From: Craspedostauros australis
Lineage: Eukaryota
NCBI GenBank assembly: GCA_030167865.1
Contig: JALAGF010003770.1
Location: forward strand, 47,691-67,690
Direction of reading: 5' to 3'
DNA length: 20,000 nt
Shown here: piece after piece, positions 1-10,821 of the stretch
Position numbering within the stretch: position 1 is the stretch's first letter
Layout: each line of letters opens with the position of its first letter
Position numbers and translations under genes: made by a program
Notes under the pieces: generated by a model
The model's database searches: none
What the model was told of the DNA's origin: nothing
Seen by the model: the letters and a program-made list of their open reading frames with translations, nothing else

Positions 1-98
1 CGTGTCTTTTTGATGATCACTTGGTGCACAGAGAGGGGACACGGATGGAGAATAGAGTCAGCACATTCGCACTGTGTACACGTGCAGCTTGTCCTTAC

Positions 99-1609
99 CT
101 TCTCTCCATAGATAGATTCTCCTCCACTGTTCTCGCATGCGATTTGTGAAGTAGTCCAAAAGATAGACAGAGTAAGTGTACATTGGAGTTGGTGGTGGAA
201 AGATGGAAGTGAGAAATGTGGAATGAAAGCGATTCGGTTGCAGACCCGCAATCGACGGCCACGGCAAAGCAGTGACATGATCACATAAAAAATACAGCCC
301 AACCCCAACACGAAAGCTTACCGTCCGTTGAACATGGTGAAGTCACCTCCCTGGATCACTGTGGGGACGAGATATCCATGCAACAAAGTGGAATGAAATG
401 AAATCCGAGAGGTTGTGCAACGTGTGAGGACAAAATGAACATAGTCAATGCAAAGGCGAACTTCGTGCGATAGCTGCACATGAAGAATGTTGCGGAATGA
501 AGATCCATCGCGGCTTCGACCTTCGTGGAGTACTCCACGGTGGAACGATTCCATGAAATCTCTGTCTCCATCGGTCACTGGCACGGCCCATCACTCGAAC
601 GTACTGAAGTTTGGAACTGAATGACAAGGAGAGAGGGAGAGGAAGGTAGCGATTGCATTTTTATGACCAAATCAAAGGTGAATCGAAGAAATGAATGGTT
701 GGCATATCAAGAGGCAGTTGAAGTGGAATGAAGAGAATTAGAGTTGGCACGTGTGAGAAAGTGTGCACAATTCGGAGTCACGGGACATTCACCGCATGGC
801 GAGTGTAGAGCAGCTACGATCATTCAGCCAACGCATTGGGGTATCCCGAAACATGGCACAATCACCCCACTTACTGACACGGTGGAAGATGGATCCCTTG
901 TAGTGAAGTGGCTTTCCAGACTTTCCGACTCCCTTCTCTCCGGTGCAAAGGGCACGCTGTTTGTGTGATGGTTTGATGGGTTCGTTCGTTTTCAGGATAT
1001 CAACGATGAGATGAATGATTGTGCGAGTATGAACATTGGCGGAAAGATGTTGAGATTCACGTGGTTCACAACACCGGAGGAGAGTCGAATACGACAGATT
1101 CGGTACAAACATGCTCTGGATCAAAGCCATTGACGCGAGCACGCTCCTGCTGCCATACCGATGCTAATACTTACGAAGTTCTCGGCGGTCTTTGGGACAT
1201 CATCACCGAACAATCCCATGACGATGCGTCCCTTGGCGCCGCCATCGATCTCGACATCGAAAAAGACCTTGCTGGTGACAGTTTGTCTGCAGTGACCGAA
1301 GCGATGATGATGGAAGGAACACGGGAAGCAAGTGAGCGAGTGAGTGAGCGAGTGAATGAAGAATGGAACGAAGGTCGGCAACGTGGATGTAAGCAAGCAT
1401 GCCAGTCATTCGGAGCGGGCAAAGTGTGAAGGAAGAACCTCCGCGATGGATCGTACACCATGATGACCGTCAACTGTGTCTCTCTTGCAAACCTCCTTCC
1501 GAAACTTGCGATTCGGAGCTGACGATCACAAACAGCAACAACAACGGCATGGCACGTACCCGCTGACGACAGCGAGGACGGAAAGCAAAAGAGCGGCGAT
1601 GACCTTCAT
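99..1609 (-). CDS. Cyclophilin-type peptidyl-prolyl cis-trans isomerase with signal peptide (secretory/ER type); 3' partial, continues past the window start
   Basis: Exons (minus) 1609-1560, 1286-1175, 956-875, 616-605, 358-322 and 126-99 are joined by GT..AG introns with matching phases. Spliced protein: [107 protein letters not shown]. This contains the canonical cyclophilin motifs PKTAENF, FHRVIPNFMIQGGDFT and GGESIYG. A further intron starts with GTAAG at 98. Confidence 0.95.
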
Positions 1610-2035
1610 GTTGATAGTTGTTGTGGAGTGGTTTGTGGAAGTGGAGCTATGGATGAGCCTCTTGAAATGGTGCAATTGTGAGAATGCTTGTTTGTGACTG
1701 TCGGAATGCAGGGAAGATGACGATGACGGGACGGTTTTGCTTCCGCGCTGCTGGTTTGTCTGTGTGCGATGGATCGCTTTCGTGTTCGCCTCGTGTTGTT
1801 TTCTCCATGGATCTTCCTCGTTGTGTTTGGGGTTCGCAACGTCACAAGATTGACGTCCAAATCAATCCCGTTTTCACATTACATGAGGTTTAATCTAGAG
1901 TGACAGATTAGTTCATGTCGACCAGCTTGCAAGCGAGAGAGAGCCACTCCACCAGTACGAGTGGGACACAAGTGCATGATAAGGGCTCTGCTATTATCAT
2001 ATTATGCTCTCTAGAGAGAATCTCTCAATGCATTT

Positions 2036-4775
2036 TCATGTTGGCACCGACTCATTCGTCGACGGGAGTTCGGTTGGAGCTGTCGTCCCAGCAGGGTCTT
2101 CGATAGCCTGAGGATCTTCGTGGCATGGTTCGTCACCGCTGTTTCCATCGCTATCGTCATCGCTACTTGGGTTGCGTGGACTATTCTGGTTGTTCCCATG
2201 TTCGTATTCTTCGTCTGGTAGCTGTCTGTACAGGAAGGATGAGATGAAACTTTGATCTTCCCTGTTGCGAGTGTGTGTGGTAGAGAACACTTCCTCGTAC
2301 AGCGCCGAGCCCTTCCTCACGACGACAACGATGCAAACGATGCCGAACAAGAGAAAGAACTTCTCCGCAAGGGACATGCCAAAGGTGAGCTCGCCGATCA
2401 TCGGTTTCGTTTCATCATGGAAGCAGGAAGGGACAGGCCAGGTGCTGCCTCTCGCGATGCCTCCCTCGACGCCGCGGCATTCGAAGTACTGCTTCACGTT
2501 CCTCATCTTGTACGAAGTTCGGAGCAACCATCCGCACAAAATGGCAAAGATGGCGACGAATATAACAATGAGCACGCGGTACCTTTGCTTCAACTGGACC
2601 GTGTCATTCTTCTGCGACAGGCAACAGCCGCAGACGGCCGCTTCGTCGTCCGCCTCCATCCCTGTCAACGTGCTCAGGTCATCGAAGTGCGACGCATCCG
2701 GATCGGCCACCCTGTCTCGTTGGAATGGAGTGGAGTCGTCGTCATCATATTCTGTGCTGCTGCCGTTGGGCTGTAAAAATCGGTACTCCACCCACGCTGG
2801 TGTTTTGATGCAGCACAGCAGAAGGGCAAGACTGATGAATCCCAGCAAAGTCAAGACGAAGACGAGCTGTCGCATTCCGGGGTCGTCGATGGACCTTCCG
2901 AGACCAGGGAAGAGTCTTACACGATCCATTTTGGTCGATATGGGCGGGCCCTGCATGACGACAACATCCTCGAACACCATCCCTTCAATCCTGTTGTTCT
3001 CATCGCCCATGAGGACACCTGGTGATGCCTTGGGATTGTTGATCACGACATTGCGCAGCGTGATGTTGCGGAATTTGGAAGACCTGACTGCGTTGCACTT
3101 GCTGAACGGCACCAGCGGCCAGCAAAGCGAGCACGGATCCGCGTGGCATGGATTGTTGCTGCACTCATATGTACATGGTAACAGAGTAATAGGACAGGTT
3201 CGGCACAGGTGCGAGAATTTGGAAGCACAGAATTAGGTACATTATGAAGCAATGACGCATGAACAATAGACATTCCAAGTACAAGTGCAGAACAACACAC
3301 ACAACGTAAAGCCATGCAAAGTAAAGATGCAGGACGATGCAGTCTGCGACATGATATGGACTCACTCGATGGCCTGCTGGGCTGGGCCGATCCAGACACC
3401 CCACTGCTCTGGGCTTTCCATGGTGACGTTTTGAAACAAGATGTCTTCGATCAATCCTGTTCGGTTGGAGTTGTCCCATTTGTCGTGCTGAAAGTCGCGG
3501 AATTTGAGGTAGATGCCCTTGTAGCTTTTGTACAGGTAGCTGTCCTTGAACGTGATGTTCCGAACCGTCGAGCCACCGATCGATCCAATTGTGAAGCCTA
3601 ACCCAGATGCGTGGATGCGTTCGAACGTCATGTTGGATGAAATGCGGTTCCCGTTGTAGTTGTCCTTCACAGCGATGCAGTCGTCTTGATTCCAGATGTC
3701 GACATCATGAACCTGACGTTGGCAGTGATCGTGGTGATACATAGTCGCACCGTGATGGGGAGTTGAGAATGTGCAGTCCAGACGTCGTCAGAATGCCCGG
3801 GAACGATGAAAACAAATCCGAGTGAGAGAATGCTGCAGAATAGTCGAGCCGACCACAATCGCATCGTTTCGTACCACTTGCCGCATCCCGCTTCTTCCAA
3901 ACAGACCCATGACCAAAGCACACCAACACAATCATTTTCATTGCACATGCCCGCAGCACAATGACAACAAGCGCAAAGCGCACACAAAAGATAGAATGCG
4001 CACTCATTGAACTCACCCAGACGTTGTGACCAGCAATATCGATGCCATCCGTGTTGAATGCCGACAAGTCGAAGAGGCCGTGGCCATCCCTGTGCGTTCT
4101 GCGCGCGACGATGCTCATGTCACGGATTTCCACGCCGTTGACATCTGACATGTAGAGGTTGTAGAGCGGCGCGTCCTGAAAGATGAGCTTCTCTATGAGG
4201 ATGTTGGAGGATGTGTTGAAATGCATGATGGTGGGTCTGAATTCCTGCAGTTGCAAGTACCCGACGAGCGGGAAACCCCACCACTGCGGGCCTTGACCGT
4301 CGAGGACGCCTCTGTGCTCGTTGCTAGTCAACGTGATGTTGTCGCACTCCAGGAAGAAGAAGAATGGTCGGGGATGTCGCTTCTGACCGTCAAGGTTGTC
4401 GATCCATGGCGTTTCCGAGAAGTCCCTCTCGAATGCGAGCTTGCCATCCACCTGGATGACGGCATCGTGCACACGCTTGGCGACCAGGCCGTGGTAGAGA
4501 TGGAAGGTTTGGTTCGACGGGATGCGCAGCACGCTGGATGAGAGCTGCCGCAGCGCCTTCTGGAATGCGTCGGTGTTGTGGCGAATCACCTCACGAGAAC
4601 GTTCGTTGGGAATGGCACCAAAGTCGCTCACGATGTCCAGGAATGTTGTCTCCGCTTGGCTTTGATGAACCAAGGAGAGGAGCAGAGAAATGCACAGAGA
4701 CGTGGTCGTGGCCCTAGTGAGGCGGCGCCACCTGGTCTGTCGCTTTGGTCGCTGCCTTTGGTGGTGTTGCCTCAT
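2036..4775 (-). CDS. Glycoside hydrolase family 28 (polygalacturonase-like) protein, about 742 aa, with signal peptide and three C-terminal TM segments
   Basis: Exons 4775-4017, 3712-3366 and 3158-2036 (donors GTGAGT at 4016 and 3365; CAG acceptors). GH28 hallmarks: DFGA near the N-terminus, LDGQGPQWW, FNTDGIDI, QDDCIAVK, GFTIGSIG and VRNITFKD. Signal-like N-terminus ...SLCISLLLSLVHQSQA|ET. The start ATG is inferred, since the frame stays open upstream to 5159 without an ATG. Confidence 0.88.
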
Positions 4776-5420
4776 GATTTGAAACGTATGGAATGAAGTG
4801 TGTGAGATTGGTCTTGTGTTTGCAACCAAGTCCTCCCCAAAGACTATGGGATCGTCTGGTCTCGAAGATCTCTTGAGCAGAGTATGGCGCTCGACTCTCT
4901 GTAATTCCGAGTGATGTGCAGTACGAGGGCTGCCTGAAGCAATGGCCGTCAGGACTCGTGCCAACGGATGGAGAGGGAAAGTGGACGGAAAAGGAGGGAG
5001 TTCTGTTTGTGTTGGTCGGTGCTCTTTCTGCCGTGGGCGTTTGTGAAGAAGTTGATGGCGGCAACGATGTCCACGGACAAGGGAGGCAGACCAGAATGGA
5101 GTGGAGAGTAGAGAGTCGAGAATGGGCTGGTGATGCAATTCTTCGTCGTGTGCGAGCACCCTTCGTGAGAGTGTGGAGGTGTGGGACAGCGCGTTCTTTG
5201 TCGTTCTCTTTCGAAATGGCGAAATTTGTGGGAAATGTCACAACATGTTGATTGATTCGTGTCATCTGATCTGAATCTTCTTTGCCAATGGTCGCATCAT
5301 GGCCGAGATGATTACATGGACTACTCCATGTGGTATGTACGTCGTGCGTCGAGGAGCCGAACACAAAGTAGCACGTGAGACATTTCATGCCAAAACAAAA
5401 AGGCAACACAACATTCATCG

Positions 5421-5477
5421 GGTGGTTGTTGTTGTTGTTGTTGTTGTTGGTGGTGTTGGTGTTGGTGTTGGTGTTGG
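5421..5477. repeat. Compound microsatellite (GTT)n/(GGTGTT)n in the divergent GH28-LSm6 intergenic region
   Basis: ggtggttgttgttgttgttgttgttgttggtggtgttggtgttggtgttggtgttgg read directly. Confidence 0.9.
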
Positions 5478-5666
5478 CAACAACAACATCCAATTTCACC
5501 AATGTTGACCGTATCCTTCGTGATTTCAAGGGATGCCCATTGCCATCATCATCAAGGCAACCTCGCCACACATCCTGAGACGAATACGGAGACAGAGAGG
5601 AAGAGCAAGCCATCAGCATCAATATCCGGATAAAGCGCAAGCAAGAGAATTCATACGCTTCATCCA

Positions 5667-5682
5667 TCTAATATAATAAAAG
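5667..5682 (+). promoter_or_regulatory. AT-rich, TATA-like element about 50 nt upstream of the LSm6 ATG
   Basis: tctaatataataaaag is an isolated AT-rich patch just 5' of ATG 5728. Function is inferred from position only. Confidence 0.3.
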
Positions 5683-5727
5683 GAGAGAGGGAGAGTGAGA
5701 TTGCCGAGAAGATTGATCGAAGGAACG

Positions 5728-6272
5728 ATGTCATCAGAAGAAGCAAAGACGGAAGCCGCACCAGCGGCAGAAGACGACAGCGGCAAAGCAGGGGACAAGG
5801 TACGGATACGATGGGAAACAAGGCATGCAGCACTGTGATGGCTGCGCGGTGAACAAAGTCTCAGGTTTGGGACGTCTGCTGTCCAATCAGTCTGCTGTGC
5901 GATTCAGCCTTTTCTTTTTCATTAATTCTCACGTCTCCCATCTTCACGACTCTACTCTACTTTGTCTGCTCCCCATCCTTTGAAATGAACTCCATGAATG
6001 CTTCTCGACGCACGTACACAAAACGCTGCGCGAACGAACAGAAGCGATCACCATCGGACTTTTTGAAATCTGTGCTGGGACGTCCCGTGCGGGTGAAGCT
6101 GAATTCCGGCATCGAATACCGAGGCGTGCTGGCATCGCTGGACGGGTATCTGAACATTGCGATGGAGCAGACGGAGGAGTTCGGTCTGGACGGTCAGCTG
6201 AAGGCAAAGTACGGAGACTGTTTCATCCGAGGGAACAACGTGCTCTTCATCTCCGCGCAGAAACGGAAATGA
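5728..6272 (+). CDS. LSM6: U6 snRNA-associated Sm-like protein LSm6 (100 aa)
   Basis: Exon 1 5728-5799 (MSSEEAKTEAAPAAEDDSGKAGDK), intron 5800-6041 (GTACGG..CAG), exon 2 6042-6272 KRSPSDFLKSVLGRPVRVKLNSGIEYRGVLASLDGYLNIAMEQTEE...KYGDCFIRGNNVLFIS. Matches the LSm6 Sm1/Sm2 pattern (PSDFLK, LNSG, LDGY.NIA.EQTEE, YGD.FIRGNNV). Confidence 0.95.
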
Positions 6273-7365
6273 GTTTTGATGCGGATTTGCAGGAGATTGA
6301 ATTGGATTGAGATGTGGTGTGGACGCTGGCGGTCCCAGTGTATCGGACTCTATCGCAGAGCACAATTGAGGAGGATACTCATGATGCAGGCAACAAACCA
6401 CGCGTTCGGAACAAAGTGTGTCGAGCGCAGCATCCACTAACAAAGCCATGTGTGGACTGTCAGAGAAAGAGAAAATCAGGCAGTCCAACACTGTGTCGTG
6501 GTGAGACATGATACCTTCGAGTACTATGATACGACCTACCATACATTCAGGAAGTAAGGCATCTACCAATACACATCATACATAGAGGGCAGAAACACCC
6601 ATTCTTGGAGGTGTGTGCTTTGATTGTGCTATTGGGAAACCCTCGCACGAGTAAGAAGAGAAAGAAAGGAAATTAGGAATGGGATTGAAGATCACGCGAC
6701 AGACAGAATGACGAGAACGCCGGAAGGTTGATTGATGGAACATGTCGTGTACGAGTAGCTCGTACTCTTGTGTAGAATACTCTAAACATCCGCAAAGAGA
6801 GAATGAAGATGAATGTCATGAGCTGAGCGTTACCTCGTCTCTCTCCAGAGAGAGATAGAGAGATCAACAGGGTGCTACGAATGTCTCCGATGCATGCACT
6901 CTGCTCTGCTCAGGTGGACCAGAAGCGTACATCGTGTTCGACTCTCTCGGATAGCTTGTGGAGGGCTACCGTGGGTGTTGTCCAGTTGCGATTTTCGTTT
7001 TCTATTCCATGATCTTTCTTTTGTTTACCAGTCACAGGTCATGTTTCATGCAAAAGGTACGTATAGTATGATATAATGTTATATGTTGCATAGAGCATAA
7101 CGTGCTCATACTCTAATATAATAGATCGTAGTACTCCCAAGCGGGGGGAAGGTGTCACCTGTCTGGTTTGGTTTTCGCCTGTTTCGGGAAAAGAAATGTG
7201 GTTGGTGGGAAGAGTGTCACTGTGACTGACACGCCCTCCGACACAACCACCAGTCAACACACAAATCGCAAAACAGGTTGACGACGAACAACACCGCGCA
7301 GCAGCCAACAGACCACCACCAAGAAAGGAGGTGTGCGAAAGACAATCGGATTCTCTCGACTCTCC

Positions 7366-7381
7366 CTCTCTCTCTCTCTCT
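7366..7381. repeat. (CT)8 microsatellite
   Basis: ctctctctctctctct read directly. Confidence 0.85.
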
Positions 7382-7584
7382 CCAAAGCATCTCGCCATCG
7401 AGCTGCAACACATGCACACGTATTCAACAACCTATTATAGAATAGTAGAATAACATAATAATACGTGTCATTGCAGTACCGCAGCAACGACAGTGACAAC
7501 TTTGGAACGATCCAATCACAACAACAATCACAACAACAATCGCAAGAGAGAGACAGGCGAAGCATTCTGCGAAAGACCGGCAAC

Positions 7585-7656
7585 TGCATTTGCAAGCGAG
7601 TTTGAGTTTGCTCCTGCACTTGCATCTCCGTCTGCATTTGCATCTCTGTTTGCGTT
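7585..7656. repeat. Degenerate 6-bp tandem repeat, 12 units (consensus about TGCATY)
   Basis: tgcatt tgcaag cgagtt tgagtt tgctcc tgcact tgcatc tccgtc tgcatt tgcatc tctgtt tgcgtt. Confidence 0.6.
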
Positions 7657-8074
7657 CATCATCGTCGACATCATCGTCGTCATCATCAGCGCTGGTGCTG
7701 TCAGCATCGGGATCAACCACACAAGAGAGTGACCAGTTGTCCAAACACCACCCAAGCACGAATACGAAGACTAGCACGAATACTGATAGTCGTACTGATA
7801 GTCGTACAGCCAGAACACCAACCGGCAGAGTAGAGTAAAGGGGAGAAGACACAATCCACAATCCACATCATACTTGTACCAACGCTCATACCAAACGTTC
7901 ATATTATACCAAACACCCACACAGAGTATTCGATTCAAGCCTCCCATAGCTCGTACCATATTATATAATACTATATCTCCCAACAACTTCAGACCACAGT
8001 GAACATCATCGACAGCCAATCAACAGCCAATCAACCACCAACCACCAATCAACAACCACCAATCAACAGCAACA

Positions 8075-9841
8075 ATGGCCGGCCTTCCAGACAAGATCGG
8101 GGAACACAAGGTGAGCCACCTCCTCAACGTGGCAAAGCAGGCAGTCGCCGAGAAGACGGAAGGATCCAAGATCATGGACGTCGCTGCCGAACGACGCATC
8201 CCCAAATTCCACTTCGACGAACTCACGTTGGGACGCGTGCTGGGACGCGGCGGCTTCTGCGTTGTGCATGAGATCGAGGACATCGCGCTGCGCAAGCAGA
8301 CCAACGCCGAGGATCCGGAGCAGACCGTGCCGAGCAACGACGACGAGCATTATATCCACAACATCGTCCAGGATCGGGACTTCATGGCCGGCCACTGCAT
8401 CCGCCAAGGCAAGGATTGCCGATACGCTCTCAAGATCGTGCAGGAATCATCGCGCAAGGACCCGCAGCTCTTTGTCAATGCCGTCGTCGATCTGGCCATC
8501 GAGGCGCGCTTTCTATCCATCATCCGCCATCCCAACATCATCAAGATGCGGGCCATGGACGCCATCGATCCTTTCGCCGGAAATTTCTATCTCGTCCTCG
8601 ATCGTCTCTACGACATCATGCCAACACGATTGACTGTGTGGAAGAAACGCAAGACGAAGGGAATATGGCAAAAGATGACGGATCCGCGCGGCAAGCGCAA
8701 GATCGCCTTTTGGGTGGAACGTTTGACGGTGGCCTACGATATCGCATGCGCGCTGCGGTTTCTGCATCAGATGGATGTCATTTACAGAGATCTCAAGCCG
8801 GAGAACATCGGCTTTGATGTTCGGGGGGATGTCAAGATCTTTGATTTTGGTAAGTTCATGCGAAACTCGAATTTCGTGGCGTGCAATGGGATGCAACGTT
8901 GGTCGCCGGATCCATGGTTGCAATGAGAGCGGCGTCGAAATTGTGAGCTGGCATACCAGTATTCGGATGGTCCAACTATGCAGCAATCCATGTGTAAAAT
9001 TGATGCAATGCCATTGATGCAATGTCATCGATTCAATCCAAGGAAATGATGATTGCACCATCTTCGTCGTGCATCACATGACGGTGCCCCTGCCATTGCA
9101 ACGCGAGTAATTGCTCACACCACCCCGACATCTGACTCATGCGTACCATGCGAAAATGATCACAACTCTCAATACCTCCGATCACCACGAACGACAGGTC
9201 TCGCAAAGGAATTGGACCCGCAAAAGCGATTGGAAGATGGAACTTTCAAACTGACGGGTGATACAGGATCCATGCGGTACATGGCGCCAGAGGGTAAGTC
9301 GTCGCCGAGTGGAGTTCACCATGATCGATCTGCCGGCTTCCACATGTGCGCAATTGACAGATGCCGTGCCATTCTGCCGTTGGTACGCGATTCTATCATC
9401 ATACTCAAACCATCCATGATTTCCTTCGCCTCGCTCACAATTCCATACACACGCTGCAACTTCAACTGCACATCTGCACAACTCTCTTTTGTATCTTGTC
9501 TCGCAGTCGCCAAATCCGAGAATTACAATGAAACCGCCGACGTTTTCTCCTTTTCCATCCTGCTGTGGCAAATGTCAGAGCTCAAAACACCCTACGAAGG
9601 CTTCACCATACCCATGTTCCAAAAGCGCGTCATCCTCTGCAACGTGCGTCCTGCTCTCAATCCTAAATGGGGTTCGGAAATTTGTGCGATGCTCAGGGAA
9701 TGTTTCATCGACAATCCCAAACGCCCAACGATGGGCGATGTGTGCGACGTGCTGCGGGCGGAGATCAGCAAGCTGTCGGATGAAGAGATCGAGGAGATGG
9801 TGGACGAATCGAGGAAGAGCCGGATGTCGGCAGGAGAATAA
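8075..9841 (+). CDS. Ser/Thr protein kinase (TKL-like), about 401 aa; paralog A
   Basis: Exons 8075-8849, 9198-9293 and 9507-9841 (donors GTAAGT at 8850 and 9294; CAG acceptors). Motifs: LGRGGFCVV, YALK, alphaC Glu (LAIEARFL), HPNIIK, YRDLKPEN, DFG(LAKE), GSMRYMAPE, DVFSF, RPTM. Confidence 0.93.
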
Positions 9842-10821
9842 TGCACAGCATTTCTCCTGATAAATGCCGCTGCGCTGTCGGTCCGAAGCAAGGCATTGCA
9901 ACACACTGCACTGCGACTGCACGTGTCTTCGTTGATGCTTCAAATATGAGCCTGAGTAATGTTACTATAACTGTTTGTAAGTCTACCATCGAATGAAATC
10001 TGTGGCGTTGGTCGTTACATCGTATTGTACGATTACGATCTATTGGCAGCAAGGAATGTCAACAGCCGTGGTGTATCATTTGCGCAAGTTCAAGAGAACT
10101 GATCCCACGACGATCACTGTGATCGTCACCACGATAATCATGAGAGGAAACGACAGCCGACGCGATGAACCAGCCCCAGATGACAATGACGAGTACCGGT
10201 GCAGCCAGCGACCCGACGTTGTGTTAGCTCTGGGGAATGCTCGGAATACTCCGTCACCGTCCGGCTCACTGCTGAACCGTAACGGTTGAGGCGTTTCAGA
10301 ATTATGATTCATAATCCATGGCGACGTTGATGATTGGTACCAGTGCGGAGGACGGTAGTGACAGAAGTATGGTATTGTACCACAGTATTTACATACAGAC
10401 GTGATGAGCACATTGATGATGATTGTATATGTATTGAACAAAATTGCCGCGCCATGAATGGGTGCGATGGGATGGCGGAGATGAAGGGTGGATGACGAGG
10501 AGGTTGGCGGTCATGGACACCGCCGAACCAGCGCGAAGAAGGTATTTGGAGGCGTGGTAGAGCGTATTTGTGGACATTGGCATGTCAGACCAGAAGAAGG
10601 AACAGAGGGAAGAGGAAGTGAGTCAACGCGAATTGACCACTTTCAACAACCTCAACGTCCGATCTCAGTGAGAGCATGCTTCTTTGACTCATCGCGGACT
10701 GTGCGACCCATCTTTCCTTCATGCAAGTATTCATGCGCTGTCGTTGGTCTTCCGACCAGAGTAACGAGTCTGCGAATTGAGCTCCGCCCCTTCGCGCTCG
10801 CTCAAGTTTCTTTGGTCGGAG

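Noticed and set aside
524-539. Perfect 16-bp palindrome CGTGGAGTACTCCACG in a cyclophilin intron
   Set aside because: Single occurrence with no snoRNA boxes, TIR/TSD or other supporting structure; roughly compatible with chance in 20 kb.
1493-1518. Possible extra AG..GT-bounded exon in cyclophilin intron 1 (SESQVSEG)
   Set aside because: Its 26 nt would shift the frame. Direct joining of 1560 to 1286 already gives an in-frame signal peptide plus [10 protein letters not shown].
2265-3236. 323-aa plus-strand ORF
   Set aside because: Antisense shadow of GH28 exon 3 with no recognisable motifs.
4714-5667. 317-aa minus-strand ORF with a poly-Asn run, plus the in-frame extension of the GH28 ORF to 5159
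   Set aside because: Driven by the microsatellite, with no domain motifs. The GH28 extension lacks an ATG, and the signal peptide follows ATG 4775.
5985-6041. ORF-track start MNSMNASRR... for LSm6
   Set aside because: It lies within the intron. The acceptor at 6041 and an in-frame upstream exon at 5728-5799 explain the gene better.
7254-7861. Overlapping ORFs (MQMQTEMQ..., poly-Asp) upstream of kinase A
   Set aside because: Translations of simple repeats that are open in several frames on both strands; no coding signature.
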